Shown piece by piece: positions 10,601 through 18,999 of a DNA stretch of 30,007 nucleotides (position 1 is its first letter; each line of letters starts with the position of its first letter). A model generated the notes under the pieces. The model worked only from the letters and a program-made list of their open reading frames with translations. It was not told where the DNA came from and did no database searches. The stretch spans positions 254,091 to 284,097 of the forward strand of contig RQSC01000031.1 of assembly GCA_013416795.1 (NCBI GenBank), given 5' to 3'. A program made the position numbers and the translations under genes. Source of the DNA: Prasinococcaceae sp. CCMP 1430 (Eukaryota; Plantae; Prasinodermophyta).

Positions 10601-13600
10601 CTGATGAGCTAACGATGGGGGATGTCCAGATTGTGCTGGACTGTCTGACGACGTCTGGCGAGTCGCCTGTGGCCGCAACGACAGTGGGGGCTGGCGCGGT
10701 GTCCTCTGCTGCCGCTGCCGCCGCAGCGACGGCGGTGTCCATTGAGGTGCCTTCGCAGATCAGCGAGGACGGAGGACCCGCGCCAAGGCCATTGTCTCCG
10801 AGCGGTAGCATCGTCGCTGATGACGCTGAGTCGGAGGCAGCTGCTTCTGACAGCGGCTTCGAGATTGTGGACGGCGAGGAGGCCGCAGCCACTGCAGCGG
10901 CAGCGCACGCGCCGCGGCCTGCGGGGCAGTCGCGCCTGGTGTCGCTGCAGAGTCAAGTGGGGTCCGATGAGAGCAGCACGCACCGGTATGGACGCCTGAA
11001 GATACCGGTGGGTGCGAAGAAAGGTACTGCGCCAGAGCACGGCTGGGAGGTCTGCCGTCTTGCATGCGACGTGCTGTCGCTGTGGCACAGGTTGCACGCT
11101 GCTCTCCGCACGCGCTCGGCGTCCCAAAGTGCCTCATCTGGCGGCAGCGCGGCCCACGTCACAGTCCCCATCGATCTACGCACCAAGGCAAAGGACTTTG
11201 TGGGTGGGCTCTTTTCGTCAGCGACTGCTGCGGGCGCCGCAGCTCTCGACGCAGCCTCGCGCGGACGCAATGCCACAGACGCTTCAAAGAGCTCTGGGCT
11301 CCCTCCCGACGACTCGCCGCATGCGGATGCGGTTGTCCTCACGGGCGGCGCGGGTGCGCCTCTGAACGCAACTGGCGAGGGTCTGGCGGGTGCAGTGCTG
11401 CGCATCGTTGTCCTCTGTGCTGTCGCCGGCCCTGTCGAAGGCGCGGCCGCCGCCGCGGTGCAGGCACTTTCCGAGGGCGCCGCCGCTCCTGTGCGCCCGC
11501 CGCGTGGTGCCGACGCCAAGGCCGTCCGCAGGAGAGCAGATAGGGTGCAGCTCACGGTTTCTGTGCTCGAGGAGGCGCAGCGTCGCGTACCAAGTGGGTC
11601 TGCGCGGCACCAGATGCTCGGGCTGGCTGTGGAACTGCTGAAAGATAACACGCGCAATCTCGTTCGTGATGCGATTCTGCTCGAACGCGGTGGGATGAAC
11701 GTCCGGAGCAGTGGTGCGAACGATGCTGGCGGCGACGCCAGCACCGAAGAACTCGACGCTCTTGAGGCTGAGCTCAAGCCGGCGTGGGCGCGGCGTGGGC
11801 TTGCATCAGAAGCGCGCACACTCCTGCAGCTCGCGAAGGTCAGGCGTGACGCTGCAGGCGAGGCGATGTCCGAGTGGGCGAGCGTCGGCCAACGCTCTCA
11901 GCGTGCATACGAGGCAATCGCCGGTGCTCGCTCGGAGGCGATTGCGGCCGTCTTGGCGGGCGATGCCGAGCGGCGTGCCGCCGCCGCTGCTGCGCGTGAC
12001 GAGGCTGTGAGCGACGGGGCGATCCGCTGGCGCGAGCTGCAGCGTGAGTTCTACCAGGAACGGGGCCCTTGGGCTGCGATCGCTGCGGCGTCCAGCCTGG
12101 ATCCAACCGCGTCGCCCTCCCGCAAAGCCAACCACGAAAGCGACGCCGACGAGGGGCGCTCCCACAGCTTTGAATGGAGAATGGACAAGGTGGAGGACTC
12201 CTCGCGCCGACGGCTGCGCCTCAAGCTCACCACTGCCCTCTCGGCGGCCGGCGGCCGTAAAGTGGCGTCGAGTGGATCGAGCAGCCCTTCGCCGGGCAGT
12301 CTGGACGCGCGCAACCCAGGGAGCGCAGCTGGCACGCCTTCGAAGCCCTCGGGTGAGGACCTCGTCTCGACGGGAAAGGAATTCGCCGCAAACTGCTCGC
12401 TTGTGACAGTGAAGCGCGTGATCCACGGACGGCTGCGCGTGGATGCTCGGTCCGGTGACCTGGTGTTCAGGCCCCATGCGGATGCAGCAGATGTGGCTCG
12501 CGCGCCGTGGAACAGGACGAGGCGTTGGGCGCTCCGTCGGCTCGCGGAGGTGCGCATGATGCGCTATCAGCTGCGACCGTGCGCGTTCGAGATCTCCCTC
12601 GACGACAGGCGCACGGCCTTCTTCGCTTTCGACACGCGCATCACCTGCCGCGCCGCAGCCGAACGCGTCGCCAAGGCCAGGCCAGGCGGGAGTATCACTG
12701 TCACGGATAGGCGTCGCGCGCGCGAGGAGGCCGAGCGTGCGTGCGCGCGCTGGCGTTCGCAGCAGATATCGACGTTCGACTACCTGATGGCACTGAACAC
12801 GCTTGCCGGGCGCACCTTCAACGACGCGCAGCAATATCCTGTGTTCCCATGGGTCATTGCCGATTACACCTCCGACGAGCTCGATCTCAAGGCTCCCTCG
12901 ACCTTCCGAGACCTCTCCAAGCCGGTCGGCGCGATCAACCCAGACCGTCGGGACTTCGTGTTGGAGCGCTACAACTCGTTCGAAGACCCCGAGGGCATCG
13001 TGCCCAAGTTCCACTACGGCTCGCACTACTCGAGTGCCGGCGCCGTGCTGTACTACATGATTCGCCTTCAGCCGTTCCACTGGCTGCACCGCGAGCTGCA
13101 GGGGGGCAAGCTCGACCACGCAGATAGGCTCTTCCACTCAGTTGGCGCAACGTGGGACAACGTGCTTACCAACTCGTCTGACGTGAAGGAGGTCATCCCC
13201 GAGTGGTACTACCAGCCAGAGATGTTCCGCAACCTTGGAGGGTACGACCTGGGCACACGCCAGGATGGCGCCGTGCTGGGCGACGTGCTGCTGCCGCCAT
13301 GGGCCCACGGCTCGCCAGAGGAGCTGGTGCGCCTCAACCGCGAGGCGCTCGAGTCCGACTACGTGAGTGCCCGTATTCATGAGTGGGTCGACCTCATCTT
13401 TGGATTCAAGCAGACCGGCAAGGCAGCCGAGGAGGCGTGCAATGTGTTCTACTACCTGACGTACGAGGGGGCGGTGGACGTCGACGCAATCGAGGACGAG
13501 CGCGAGAGGGAGTCGATACTCGCTCAGGTTCGCGAGTTTGGCCAGACTCCCGCGCAGCTTTTCAAGCGAGCTCACGCCGCGCGCAGCACCGAGCGAACGC

Positions 13601-14859
13601 TCAGGCGGCCGCTGCGTGACGCCCCGCAGATGCTGGAGCCTGCCGGCGCCGCCCTTCCCGCGAAAAACTCCCGCGTGGCCTGGGCTCTCTCAACCATCGT
13701 CCTGTCGCCCGATGGGCGCGTGCTGTCCGTCGACACTAACGCGAGGTACGCCATGCACCGGTGGATCACGCCGCAGACGCTCTCATCGGGGGCGTTCTCA
13801 TTCGCGGCGGGCGGGCAGGCAGCGGCGTACTCAGCTGGTGGCGCGCGCTGCGCCCTCGAGCCCGACCCGCAGCCGCCGCGCACTCTGCGTGGTGGCGGCG
13901 TGGCGTGGTCGAGCGCCAACGGTAGCGCGGGCGTCTCCGAAGCGCGCGCTGTGCAGAGCGCACCTGCGATGCACTTCGCCGCGCCGCCCAGCCTGCGCTT
14001 CGTACTGAGCGCGGGCCATTGGGACAACGCCATTTGTGCGGTGTCCGCCGAGAATGGCCGGCTGCTCCAGAGAGTCGTCGCGCACAAGGACGCCGTCACG
14101 AGCCTCGCTATGAGCTCGGATGGGTCGGTCGCTGTGAGCGGCTCTGCTGACACGACCGTCATGCTGTGGGACACGCTGCACGCCGCGCGCGACGCCGACA
14201 AGGACGCGCTGCCGCTCGCCTCAACCCCGCGAGCGGTCCTCCGCGGTCACAAGGACGCCGTCGTGGCGCTCGCCGTGGACGCGGACCTCGACTTGGTGGC
14301 CTCGGGCGGCGCGGACGGCTGCTGCATCCTGCACGCGCTGCATTCGGGGCAGTACCTGCGCGCGTTGCACCCCGACACGGGCTTGAGCGCGGGCCCCGCT
14401 GCGCTGGTGGCCATCGCGGGAGGAGTGGTGCCGTGCGTTGTGGTGTACACCGCCAACGACCTGAGCGTGCGGAGCTACACGATCAACGGCCGCGCGCTCG
14501 CGCGCGGCGACGCGCGCGAGCGCCTGCACGCGCTGGCGGTGGCGCCCGAAGGGGACGTGTGCGTGGTCGGTGGCGACCGCGGCGTGGTGTGCGTGCGCCG
14601 CACGCACGACCTGGTGACCACGCGCACGCTCAAGCCTCCGCAAGCGAGCGCGGGCGTGATCACCGCGCTGCACGTCTCCAGGGAGGAGGCCGTGCTGGCG
14701 GGCACTGCCGGCGGGGCGCTGTGCGCGCTGGCGCTCGGTGTTCGCGCGAGCAAGCAAGCACGCGGCGGCGGAGAGGACGGCACCGCACCCTCGGCCGCAC
14801 ACCGCGCCGTTGCGGCGACCGGACTGCCTGGCCAGGACCTCCTCAGGGACCTCCTCTGA
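4672..14859 (+). CDS. BEACH-domain protein (neurobeachin/LRBA/plant Bch-like): ConA-like lectin, PH, BEACH and WD40 domains; 5' end unresolved
   Basis: 3395-codon uninterrupted ORF. ConA-like YAFATWLR..WHHVVVTH..VYVDG; PH RRWALRRLAEVRMMRYQLRPCAFEI; BEACH ISTFDYLMALNTLAGRTFND..YPVFPWV, HYGSHYS, DVKEVIPEWY, WVDLIFG, EFGQTPAQLF; WD repeats SAGHWDN, SGSADTTVMLWD, LRGHKDAV. The ORF opens on TTG after an N (4633); the first in-frame ATG is at 5053. Confidence 0.95.
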   Translation: MTAAGAARTAAFRGGAPLLARAPLAGALLARVAAAVAAAAAAAAAVARGVFCFAAAERCKLTAAAAAAGDADGRPEDADAALRDAAALVRAIGAAARSPHCRERLARRNVLLPIGVLTRRGLRSVKGMGRARGSRGDYGADVALVRSCALAAEQFALAAAGIAGVGADGGAIPAYDAERCADCIVEAGACGTFVEALRAARAAGARAGALLLQRDALRAVDALLRCARLRSATATAGAEAVLLEGLGWTNAAAAAPAALGSAGAAGEMGDAIGALSTGATSLAPPAPSDDLYALLDVQLATVGALSARPDALVGAAGVAKLAEALQWVAWSFGERLACGKKRAGAQSEQNSGGEVMAAPASSPASQSESPRTAGGSRTHAGTMASSRSPLARMREAISGLIGQHGGSSGGTSGASGRVASVAAAPRVVSAAIKAVSLPLWPCMGRPAAFQGLLEEGSVALQREVVMLLREAMRDTATGGATRAALRALGAWGTLLGHTCYAFGVPGGETQTEVADPRAGSAGAHADGPGTLTLPDVVALRQDVMHLLVLACTDSDDVEHEVGALLGSVVGGDNAVELPLELRAELSATLREVVDSAADNTAVTLIGEERMLPAFAEAIDSTRAMSASMYGMPSRTSQRRQWAGSGTGDDPARIAESIVADIIDTVAEGGNPSLQGQSAGSDAVADEDEARTDELRLQLQRSVILALRAVLAAAGRCGCNGFAAAAGSPQLSAALTQCASEPSSAAFVLPLLCDLLTAPSQSDAELPAREALLRQTLELLPRAQHHARDSTGGCRHLLELLYLVRSALLANRALLQPLVCAVDGYVPVVSVLNEEYGSSSMERDHADVGSDEMPILRSEGLASAVSTAVLSTLVAALRESEDSKAAFARLVGYDTLESAVLRCHGGRPTRTLLRGLLALACDDIGAGDFNIALAAGQGASAPLGAASGTTAASGGTSGGRTSAPMVVANDAALCVLLRVARRAPDGLQGEALAAVSALLQDSTTNRLAAERAELGTLLLEWLPEAREDSMDAGPSIRSRVSTLLCAAASGSFSARDARRAVAMLRPADDPPPHALVLIESLTAMAERSKVPSAYFDMNGKRSGLQLSSGMRWPSSKGYAFATWLRLNEPAAGAAVMDMLRTPGKTTAAYIPMSPSDADVGLDERGFFSFAAGEGSGVVATLIRGGDIMVRTSGRKDDGAIFSTGIGPGNWHHVVVTHAASRGPLASPAVCKVYVDGTLVASTQLRFPKTPPGDGGLSAGGIACGGAGGVVWKHAEAAKAQSRASAPQGDSGVPPPWMGATPLGGQLGSVYLFHDALSDLQVKALHLMGSSYRHTFLPTECGVAPVSLESVKAALEGKDSLANRLAACFVATAADASGSACVNTAVDATSCEAGSAHGARVMPGTQLRSTRGLRDAMHAIGGASVFTPLLTCTPKALASRDSRAMATSVHSATVRLIASMLDGAAGSRSAFNASDGTGVISHLLSRLPHELLTADLLRATQALERCCMGATQLRVDVVRRLVLNYELWWQAPDETRLPQLELSTSTTADMFAAAGGCGALIDAAAGGSGRRSTSARDAGVIAAQDGGGVRNLEDTDAQWHRDAQARKAVVSALTTVLAGDLAPPKGLNEKDAAQARMPSREDVCACLAIALDSGGASRPAPPSDLASGALCAIAAALLRPNRGLREVVLGCVGGYGGAALAGAMMRPRSVAHEPSLPDETAAADGRGDVGPVALAGLAFLVAIVQAVSDEIDIASTAGTSVPSWVHQAIKGPTQRLSAGVNVGAREFISEATAVLMSNGPLHASALMAVTSALAPIQKQTAAVEAVLSLASKCTDVGARAAAIDAVASWQLGETLARSKSWQELLLPTVICAASADSADRCSALNLFAAAHAQAIAHVRGGWRVVERSVSCIHAAAARGECDGYSLCHEMLAPVLRAAARTLTRALHDVGSADESSRASLDSLQVEDALHNAVCVVALADELTMGDVQIVLDCLTTSGESPVAATTVGAGAVSSAAAAAAATAVSIEVPSQISEDGGPAPRPLSPSGSIVADDAESEAAASDSGFEIVDGEEAAATAAAAHAPRPAGQSRLVSLQSQVGSDESSTHRYGRLKIPVGAKKGTAPEHGWEVCRLACDVLSLWHRLHAALRTRSASQSASSGGSAAHVTVPIDLRTKAKDFVGGLFSSATAAGAAALDAASRGRNATDASKSSGLPPDDSPHADAVVLTGGAGAPLNATGEGLAGAVLRIVVLCAVAGPVEGAAAAAVQALSEGAAAPVRPPRGADAKAVRRRADRVQLTVSVLEEAQRRVPSGSARHQMLGLAVELLKDNTRNLVRDAILLERGGMNVRSSGANDAGGDASTEELDALEAELKPAWARRGLASEARTLLQLAKVRRDAAGEAMSEWASVGQRSQRAYEAIAGARSEAIAAVLAGDAERRAAAAAARDEAVSDGAIRWRELQREFYQERGPWAAIAAASSLDPTASPSRKANHESDADEGRSHSFEWRMDKVEDSSRRRLRLKLTTALSAAGGRKVASSGSSSPSPGSLDARNPGSAAGTPSKPSGEDLVSTGKEFAANCSLVTVKRVIHGRLRVDARSGDLVFRPHADAADVARAPWNRTRRWALRRLAEVRMMRYQLRPCAFEISLDDRRTAFFAFDTRITCRAAAERVAKARPGGSITVTDRRRAREEAERACARWRSQQISTFDYLMALNTLAGRTFNDAQQYPVFPWVIADYTSDELDLKAPSTFRDLSKPVGAINPDRRDFVLERYNSFEDPEGIVPKFHYGSHYSSAGAVLYYMIRLQPFHWLHRELQGGKLDHADRLFHSVGATWDNVLTNSSDVKEVIPEWYYQPEMFRNLGGYDLGTRQDGAVLGDVLLPPWAHGSPEELVRLNREALESDYVSARIHEWVDLIFGFKQTGKAAEEACNVFYYLTYEGAVDVDAIEDERERESILAQVREFGQTPAQLFKRAHAARSTERTLRRPLRDAPQMLEPAGAALPAKNSRVAWALSTIVLSPDGRVLSVDTNARYAMHRWITPQTLSSGAFSFAAGGQAAAYSAGGARCALEPDPQPPRTLRGGGVAWSSANGSAGVSEARAVQSAPAMHFAAPPSLRFVLSAGHWDNAICAVSAENGRLLQRVVAHKDAVTSLAMSSDGSVAVSGSADTTVMLWDTLHAARDADKDALPLASTPRAVLRGHKDAVVALAVDADLDLVASGGADGCCILHALHSGQYLRALHPDTGLSAGPAALVAIAGGVVPCVVVYTANDLSVRSYTINGRALARGDARERLHALAVAPEGDVCVVGGDRGVVCVRRTHDLVTTRTLKPPQASAGVITALHVSREEAVLAGTAGGALCALALGVRASKQARGGGEDGTAPSAAHRAVAATGLPGQDLLRDLL

Positions 14860-14992
14860 CGCGGCGCGCGGAGACGTGCGCCCTGGGCGCTGCTGCTCCT
14901 GCCGCTGTAAACATATGTGTGGGATATGTGTGTACACGGCACTCCTCGAGCGCGCGCGCCCCGCGGTCGCGCGTGCGCGCTGCAGCCGCGCC

Positions 14993-15527
14993 TCACTCGC
15001 TAACGAATTCCTTGAGCGTCGCTCGCAGCACCTTCTCGGCGGCCTTGAGGCCCGGCGGCATCAGCCTCAGCTGAGGCGCCATGACCTCCTCGCCGCCGCG
15101 AAAGAGGCGAAACGCGGGCACCTCGCGCACGGTGAGCTCGGTGCACAGCGCGCGGAAGTCGTCGTTGTCGTCCGCGTTGATCTGCGCGCGGCAATGAGCG
15201 AAGGCGGGCGCGCGCGAAAGGGGCGAGGCGCGCGGCGCGTCCCGCGTCAGGGCGATTGACAGTGAAGGGCAGCACGGGGCACTGAGGCGGGTGGGTGCGC
15301 GCGAGCCGCAGCCCGCGCCCGTCACGCACCTTCGCGAAGAGTACGCCCGCGTTCGCCTCGGCGAAGAGCTCGAACGTCGGTCCGAACATCTTGCAAGGCC
15401 CGCACGACCTCGTGCAGCACATGAGCACCACTAGCCGGCCGGGGTTGCCCTCGCCAGCGAGCACCTCGCGAAGCGCGGCGATGTCCGGCGGGAGGCGCAC
15501 GAGCGGCGGCGGCCCGCCGTCGCCGCC
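14993..15527 (-). CDS. Thioredoxin-like protein, exons 15527-15330 and 15181-14993; N-terminus unresolved
   Basis: RLVVLMCCTRSCGPCKMFGPTFELFAE..VLFAK|INADDN..VREVPAFRLFRGG is a Trx fold with CGPC and a cis-Pro VPAF. Intron 15329-15182 is GTGCGT..CAG, phase 0. Confidence 0.85.
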
Positions 15528-15761
15528 CTAGGGTGCGTGCCGGCGCGCCGATCGGCGCGGCAGCGCGCAGCGGTGCGCGGTGCGGCGCCCGGACGCGCGC
15601 GAGAGAGAGCGAGTGGGCGTGCGGCGCTGCCACTTCGCACGCACGCGAGCGTGCTCGAGCGCGAGCGCTGGTGCGAGCGCCCCGCGGAGATCTGGGTTCC
15701 ATGCGTACCCCCTGTCTGCGCCGCGCTCGGCGACGCGCGCTGACAGCGATCGCGCTCACAG

Positions 15762-16740
15762 GAAGGACTACTATTCCACGCTGGGAGTGTCGCGCGGCGC
15801 GTCGGACGCGCAGATCAAGCGCGCGTACCGCAAACTCGCGATGGAGCTCCACCCCGACAAGAATCCCGGCGACGAGAAGGCGGCCAACAAGTTCGCAGAT
15901 GTGAACCACGCGTACGAGGTGCTCAGCGACGGCGAGAAGCGCAAGGTGTACGACCGCCACGGTGAGGAGGGCCTCAAGCAGCACGATCAGCGGCAGCAGC
16001 AGCAGGGTGCCAACCCTTTCGGCGGCGACATCTTCTCGCAGTTCTTCGGCGGTGGCTTCGGCCAGCAGCGCGAGCCTGAGACGCCCAAGGGCGGCACGGT
16101 TGTGATCGACGTGCCGGTGACGCTCGAGGAGCTCTACCTGGGCGGCACCCGCTCGATCACGCGTGACAAGAACATCATCGTGCCCGCGCGCGGCACGCGC
16201 CAGTGCAACTGCCAGATGCGCATGGTCACCAAGCAGGTCGGGCCGGGCATGTTCCAGCAGTTCCAGAAGAAAGAGTGCGATGAGTGCCCCAACGTCAAGA
16301 TGCAGCGGGAGCAGGTGACGCTCACGCTCGAGGTCGAGCCCGGCACTCGCGACGGCCACAAGTTGCTCTTTTTCGAGGAGGGCGAGCCCATGGTCGACGG
16401 CGACCCGGGCGACCTCGAGGTGCGAGTGCTCACCGCGCCGCACCGGCGCTTCTCCCGCGACAAGTCCAAGCAGGAGGATCTGCACCACACCGCCAAGATC
16501 TCGCTGCTCGATGCGCTCACGGGCTTCGAGCTCGAGCTGGCCCACCTCGACGGCCACAAGGTAGCCATTGGCGCCACCGACGTCACGCGCCCCTTCCAGG
16601 TGCGCACGTTCAAGGGAAAGGGCATGCCGCTGTTCGAGAGCTACAACAATCACGGCGACCTGCACGTTACGTACGAGGTGGACTTCCCGAAGACGCTCAC
16701 CGCGCAACAGAAGGAGCAGCTCAGACAATTGCTCAAGTGA
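15762..16740 (+). CDS. ERDJ3B: ER DnaJ co-chaperone ERdj3/DNAJB11 type (main exon; signal-peptide exon not resolved)
   Basis: KDYY..IKRAYRKLAMELHPDKNPG..YEVLSD..YDRHGEEGLK, G/F region, GTRQCNC..GPGMFQQ..CDECPNVK, GEPMVDGDPGDL and GDLHVTYEVDFP are typical of plant ERdj3B. Preceded by a CTGAC..CACAG acceptor. Confidence 0.92.
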
Positions 16741-16933
16741 GCGCGGAGCTCAGCTGCGCGAGCCCGGTGCCGCGGGGGCTCCAGGACGCCAGCAGACGCG
16801 GGCGGGCACGCACGCATTGGTGCGCGCGCGCACGCGCGTCGTGTAAAACACTGTTCACCTACGGCACACGCGCGCTGCCGCGACCACGTACAAGCACATA
16901 TTACAACAGACCGGCCGGGGCGCAGACGCGCCT

Positions 16934-17812
16934 TCAGATGAGCCCGGCGTCAGCGAACGCCGCGTCGGGCTGGCGATCGTGCACGCCAGCGATGCACATC
17001 CGCGCCTCTCGCTGCGCGGCGCCACCAGAGCGCCACGCGCGTGCGTCGGCGTGGTGCGAGGTGGCCAGTCGCTGCGCCCAGCCAGCACGGGCGCCACCTG
17101 GGGAACGGCCGTAGCGCGACACCGTCAGCGTCACGTTGGGCGCACCCGGATCGAGCTTGATGCCGCCCTGCTCGCACCCCCACAACTCGCTCCAGTGCGG
17201 CCTGCCATCATTCGGCACGCCCACCATCCTCTCGCCGATCACGCTCGCGTCAGACAGGTGCGCGCGCGCCCGAGGAAGCTGCTCGGCCGTCGCATGGTCC
17301 CGCAACACGGCGGTCGCGGCTGAGGCGACGTCCGCCCCCTCGAGGACCATCACTTCGAAGGCGTCGACCAGGGCGTTCGGGTCGAGAGCCGCGAGTCGCA
17401 TCCGCTCAAACTTGTCAGGCGCGCGCAGCGCAGGTGAGCTTGCGCCCTTGCCCCCGTGCTCGATGGCGCGCAGCGTGGTGGATGGGAGTTTCGAACGTCG
17501 AGAGGCGGCACGAGCGCCGGCGCGTGCGCGCTCGTGCGCCCTCCTCACCGCGAGCTCGTCACCCAGCGCAGCGACGTCCTCCGGCCTCCCATCGAGGCTG
17601 CGAAGCAAGGCGCCATTCAGGCCACCGTCGACGCCCGCTGCGCGCATGTGCTCGTCGAGAAGCAAGGCATAGTCCGCACCGAAGGCCGCCTCCAAGTTTC
17701 GCTCGAGACGTTTGAGGGCTCGCGCTGCTGTGCTACGCTCGTGGGCACGCGGCCTGCGCTCGCCCCCGTGGTGGGCGACGGCAGCTGACGGCGATGGCGA
17801 CGAAGGAGCCAT
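16934..17812 (-). CDS. Hypothetical protein, about 292 aa
   Basis: Open frame from ATG 17812 with GC3 bias and a protein-like core (ERNLEAAFGADYALLLDEHM, PHWSELWGCEQGG). Telo-boxes lie upstream. No family recognised. Confidence 0.55.
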   Translation of the reverse strand: MAPSSPSPSAAVAHHGGERRPRAHERSTAARALKRLERNLEAAFGADYALLLDEHMRAAGVDGGLNGALLRSLDGRPEDVAALGDELAVRRAHERARAGARAASRRSKLPSTTLRAIEHGGKGASSPALRAPDKFERMRLAALDPNALVDAFEVMVLEGADVASAATAVLRDHATAEQLPRARAHLSDASVIGERMVGVPNDGRPHWSELWGCEQGGIKLDPGAPNVTLTVSRYGRSPGGARAGWAQRLATSHHADARAWRSGGAAQREARMCIAGVHDRQPDAAFADAGLI

Positions 17813-18002
17813 TGCCAACGCCGACGCCGGCCGCGCGCCGCGGTGCTTGGATCGAACCCATGCGTAGTATCTGCTGCGCGAGAAGTCCACCCCGAGCGTG
17901 TCTGCTGCGTAGGGGCTGCGCCGAGCGCGTTGCGCGGCGACGCGCGCGGCGCACCGCTCGGAGGACGAAAGGGGGGGGGGAGGCGAGGGGGCGCGCGCGA
18001 TG

Positions 18003-18023
18003 TTAGGGTTGGAAATAGGGTTT
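18003..18023 (-). promoter_or_regulatory. Two telo-box motifs (TTAGGGTT 18003-18010; TAGGGTTT 18016-18023 = AAACCCTA on the minus strand)
   Basis: Seen directly in an AT-rich patch about 200 bp upstream of the 17812 ORF. Confidence 0.5.
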
Positions 18024-18084
18024 AATTATGGCATCATATGGCATTTTGCGACGGGAACGGCGGGTACTCAGTGTCTAGCTAGAC

Positions 18085-18707
18085 GTGGCAGCAAGAATAC
18101 GCGGTGAGGCTCCGCGTCAAGCCGGGCACTTCTTGGATGCTGTGTACGGCTGGGATGAATCCCGGCTCGCACACAGCATGAAGAAACGCGGCAATGCCAA
18201 ACCATGATGCAGACCTTACCGCTCTGAACATGCTCGCGCGCAGCGACGAGGTGCGCGGCTTCCAGATGCCCCTCTCGCACATCCTGTGCATGGACTTGCC
18301 CGTCACTATTGGCCCCGACAAAGCGGAGATGCTGGGGTGTATGTCGCTGGTGAGCAAGGAGAACACGGTGGGCACGTATGAGCTGCTTGGCGCACCGCGC
18401 GAGGAGGTTCCATCTCATAGCGAAGCGCACGACGATGCAGTTCACTGGGAAGAGAGGCCGGCCGCTCTTGCTGTGCTTAGACCAGCAAAGCCTAATGCGC
18501 CACTTCGACATCGATTTTTCTCGATGCATGGAACGCCACGGGCGCGTACCTCCTACCGACTGCGTGTTGCTGACTGCGTTCGTGACCAACAAGAACCATG
18601 ACGACGCTTTGATGACCTGGGATGAGGTCATCAAAGGCACGGCTTCGCCGCCGCTCATCTTCGCAAATCGCACGTTGCACACGCGCCCGTCGCCGCTCGC
18701 CGCGTAG
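18085..18707 (+). mobile_element. Degenerate Crypton-like (Ndc10-domain-II/tyrosine recombinase) transposon remnant with two frameshifts
   Basis: A lower-GC block whose three frames join as AGHFLDAVYGWDESRL / ALNMLARSDEVR..LSHILCMDLPVTIGP..MLGCMSLVSKENTVGTYELLGAPR / LMRHFDIDFS. This resembles the recalled CryptonF pattern gt.lDgY..ee..l / LlRge.lR...LsDl....l..eGP...L......gKtN..Gr.ey.ga.R / RF..pDFs. Not confirmed by a search. Confidence 0.5.
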
Positions 18708-18927
18708 CGGCGGCTCGGCAACAAAACCATCAAAGCGGTGCGCGTCCGCGCGACCGCGAGGAGCCTTCCGATTTTCCGGCCGCCCGGCTTCCGCGCCGCG
18801 CCGCCGTCAACAGCCCTATCAAAACGCATTCGTCCGTATCAAAACGCATCCGCTGCTGCGCGCGCGGAATTACTCAGCGCCCGCCGATGCCGACAAGTCG
18901 CTCAATGCGGTCACCCGCCGCCGCCGC

Positions 18928-18949
18928 CACACTGCGCGCGCAGCGCAGC

Positions 18950-18996
<47 letters not shown>
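18928..18996 (+). repeat. Hairpin + C46 element, copy 1
   Basis: CACACTGCGCGCGCAGCGCAGCT followed by 46 C and then an N (18997). Confidence 0.75.
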
Positions 18997-18999
18997 NGG

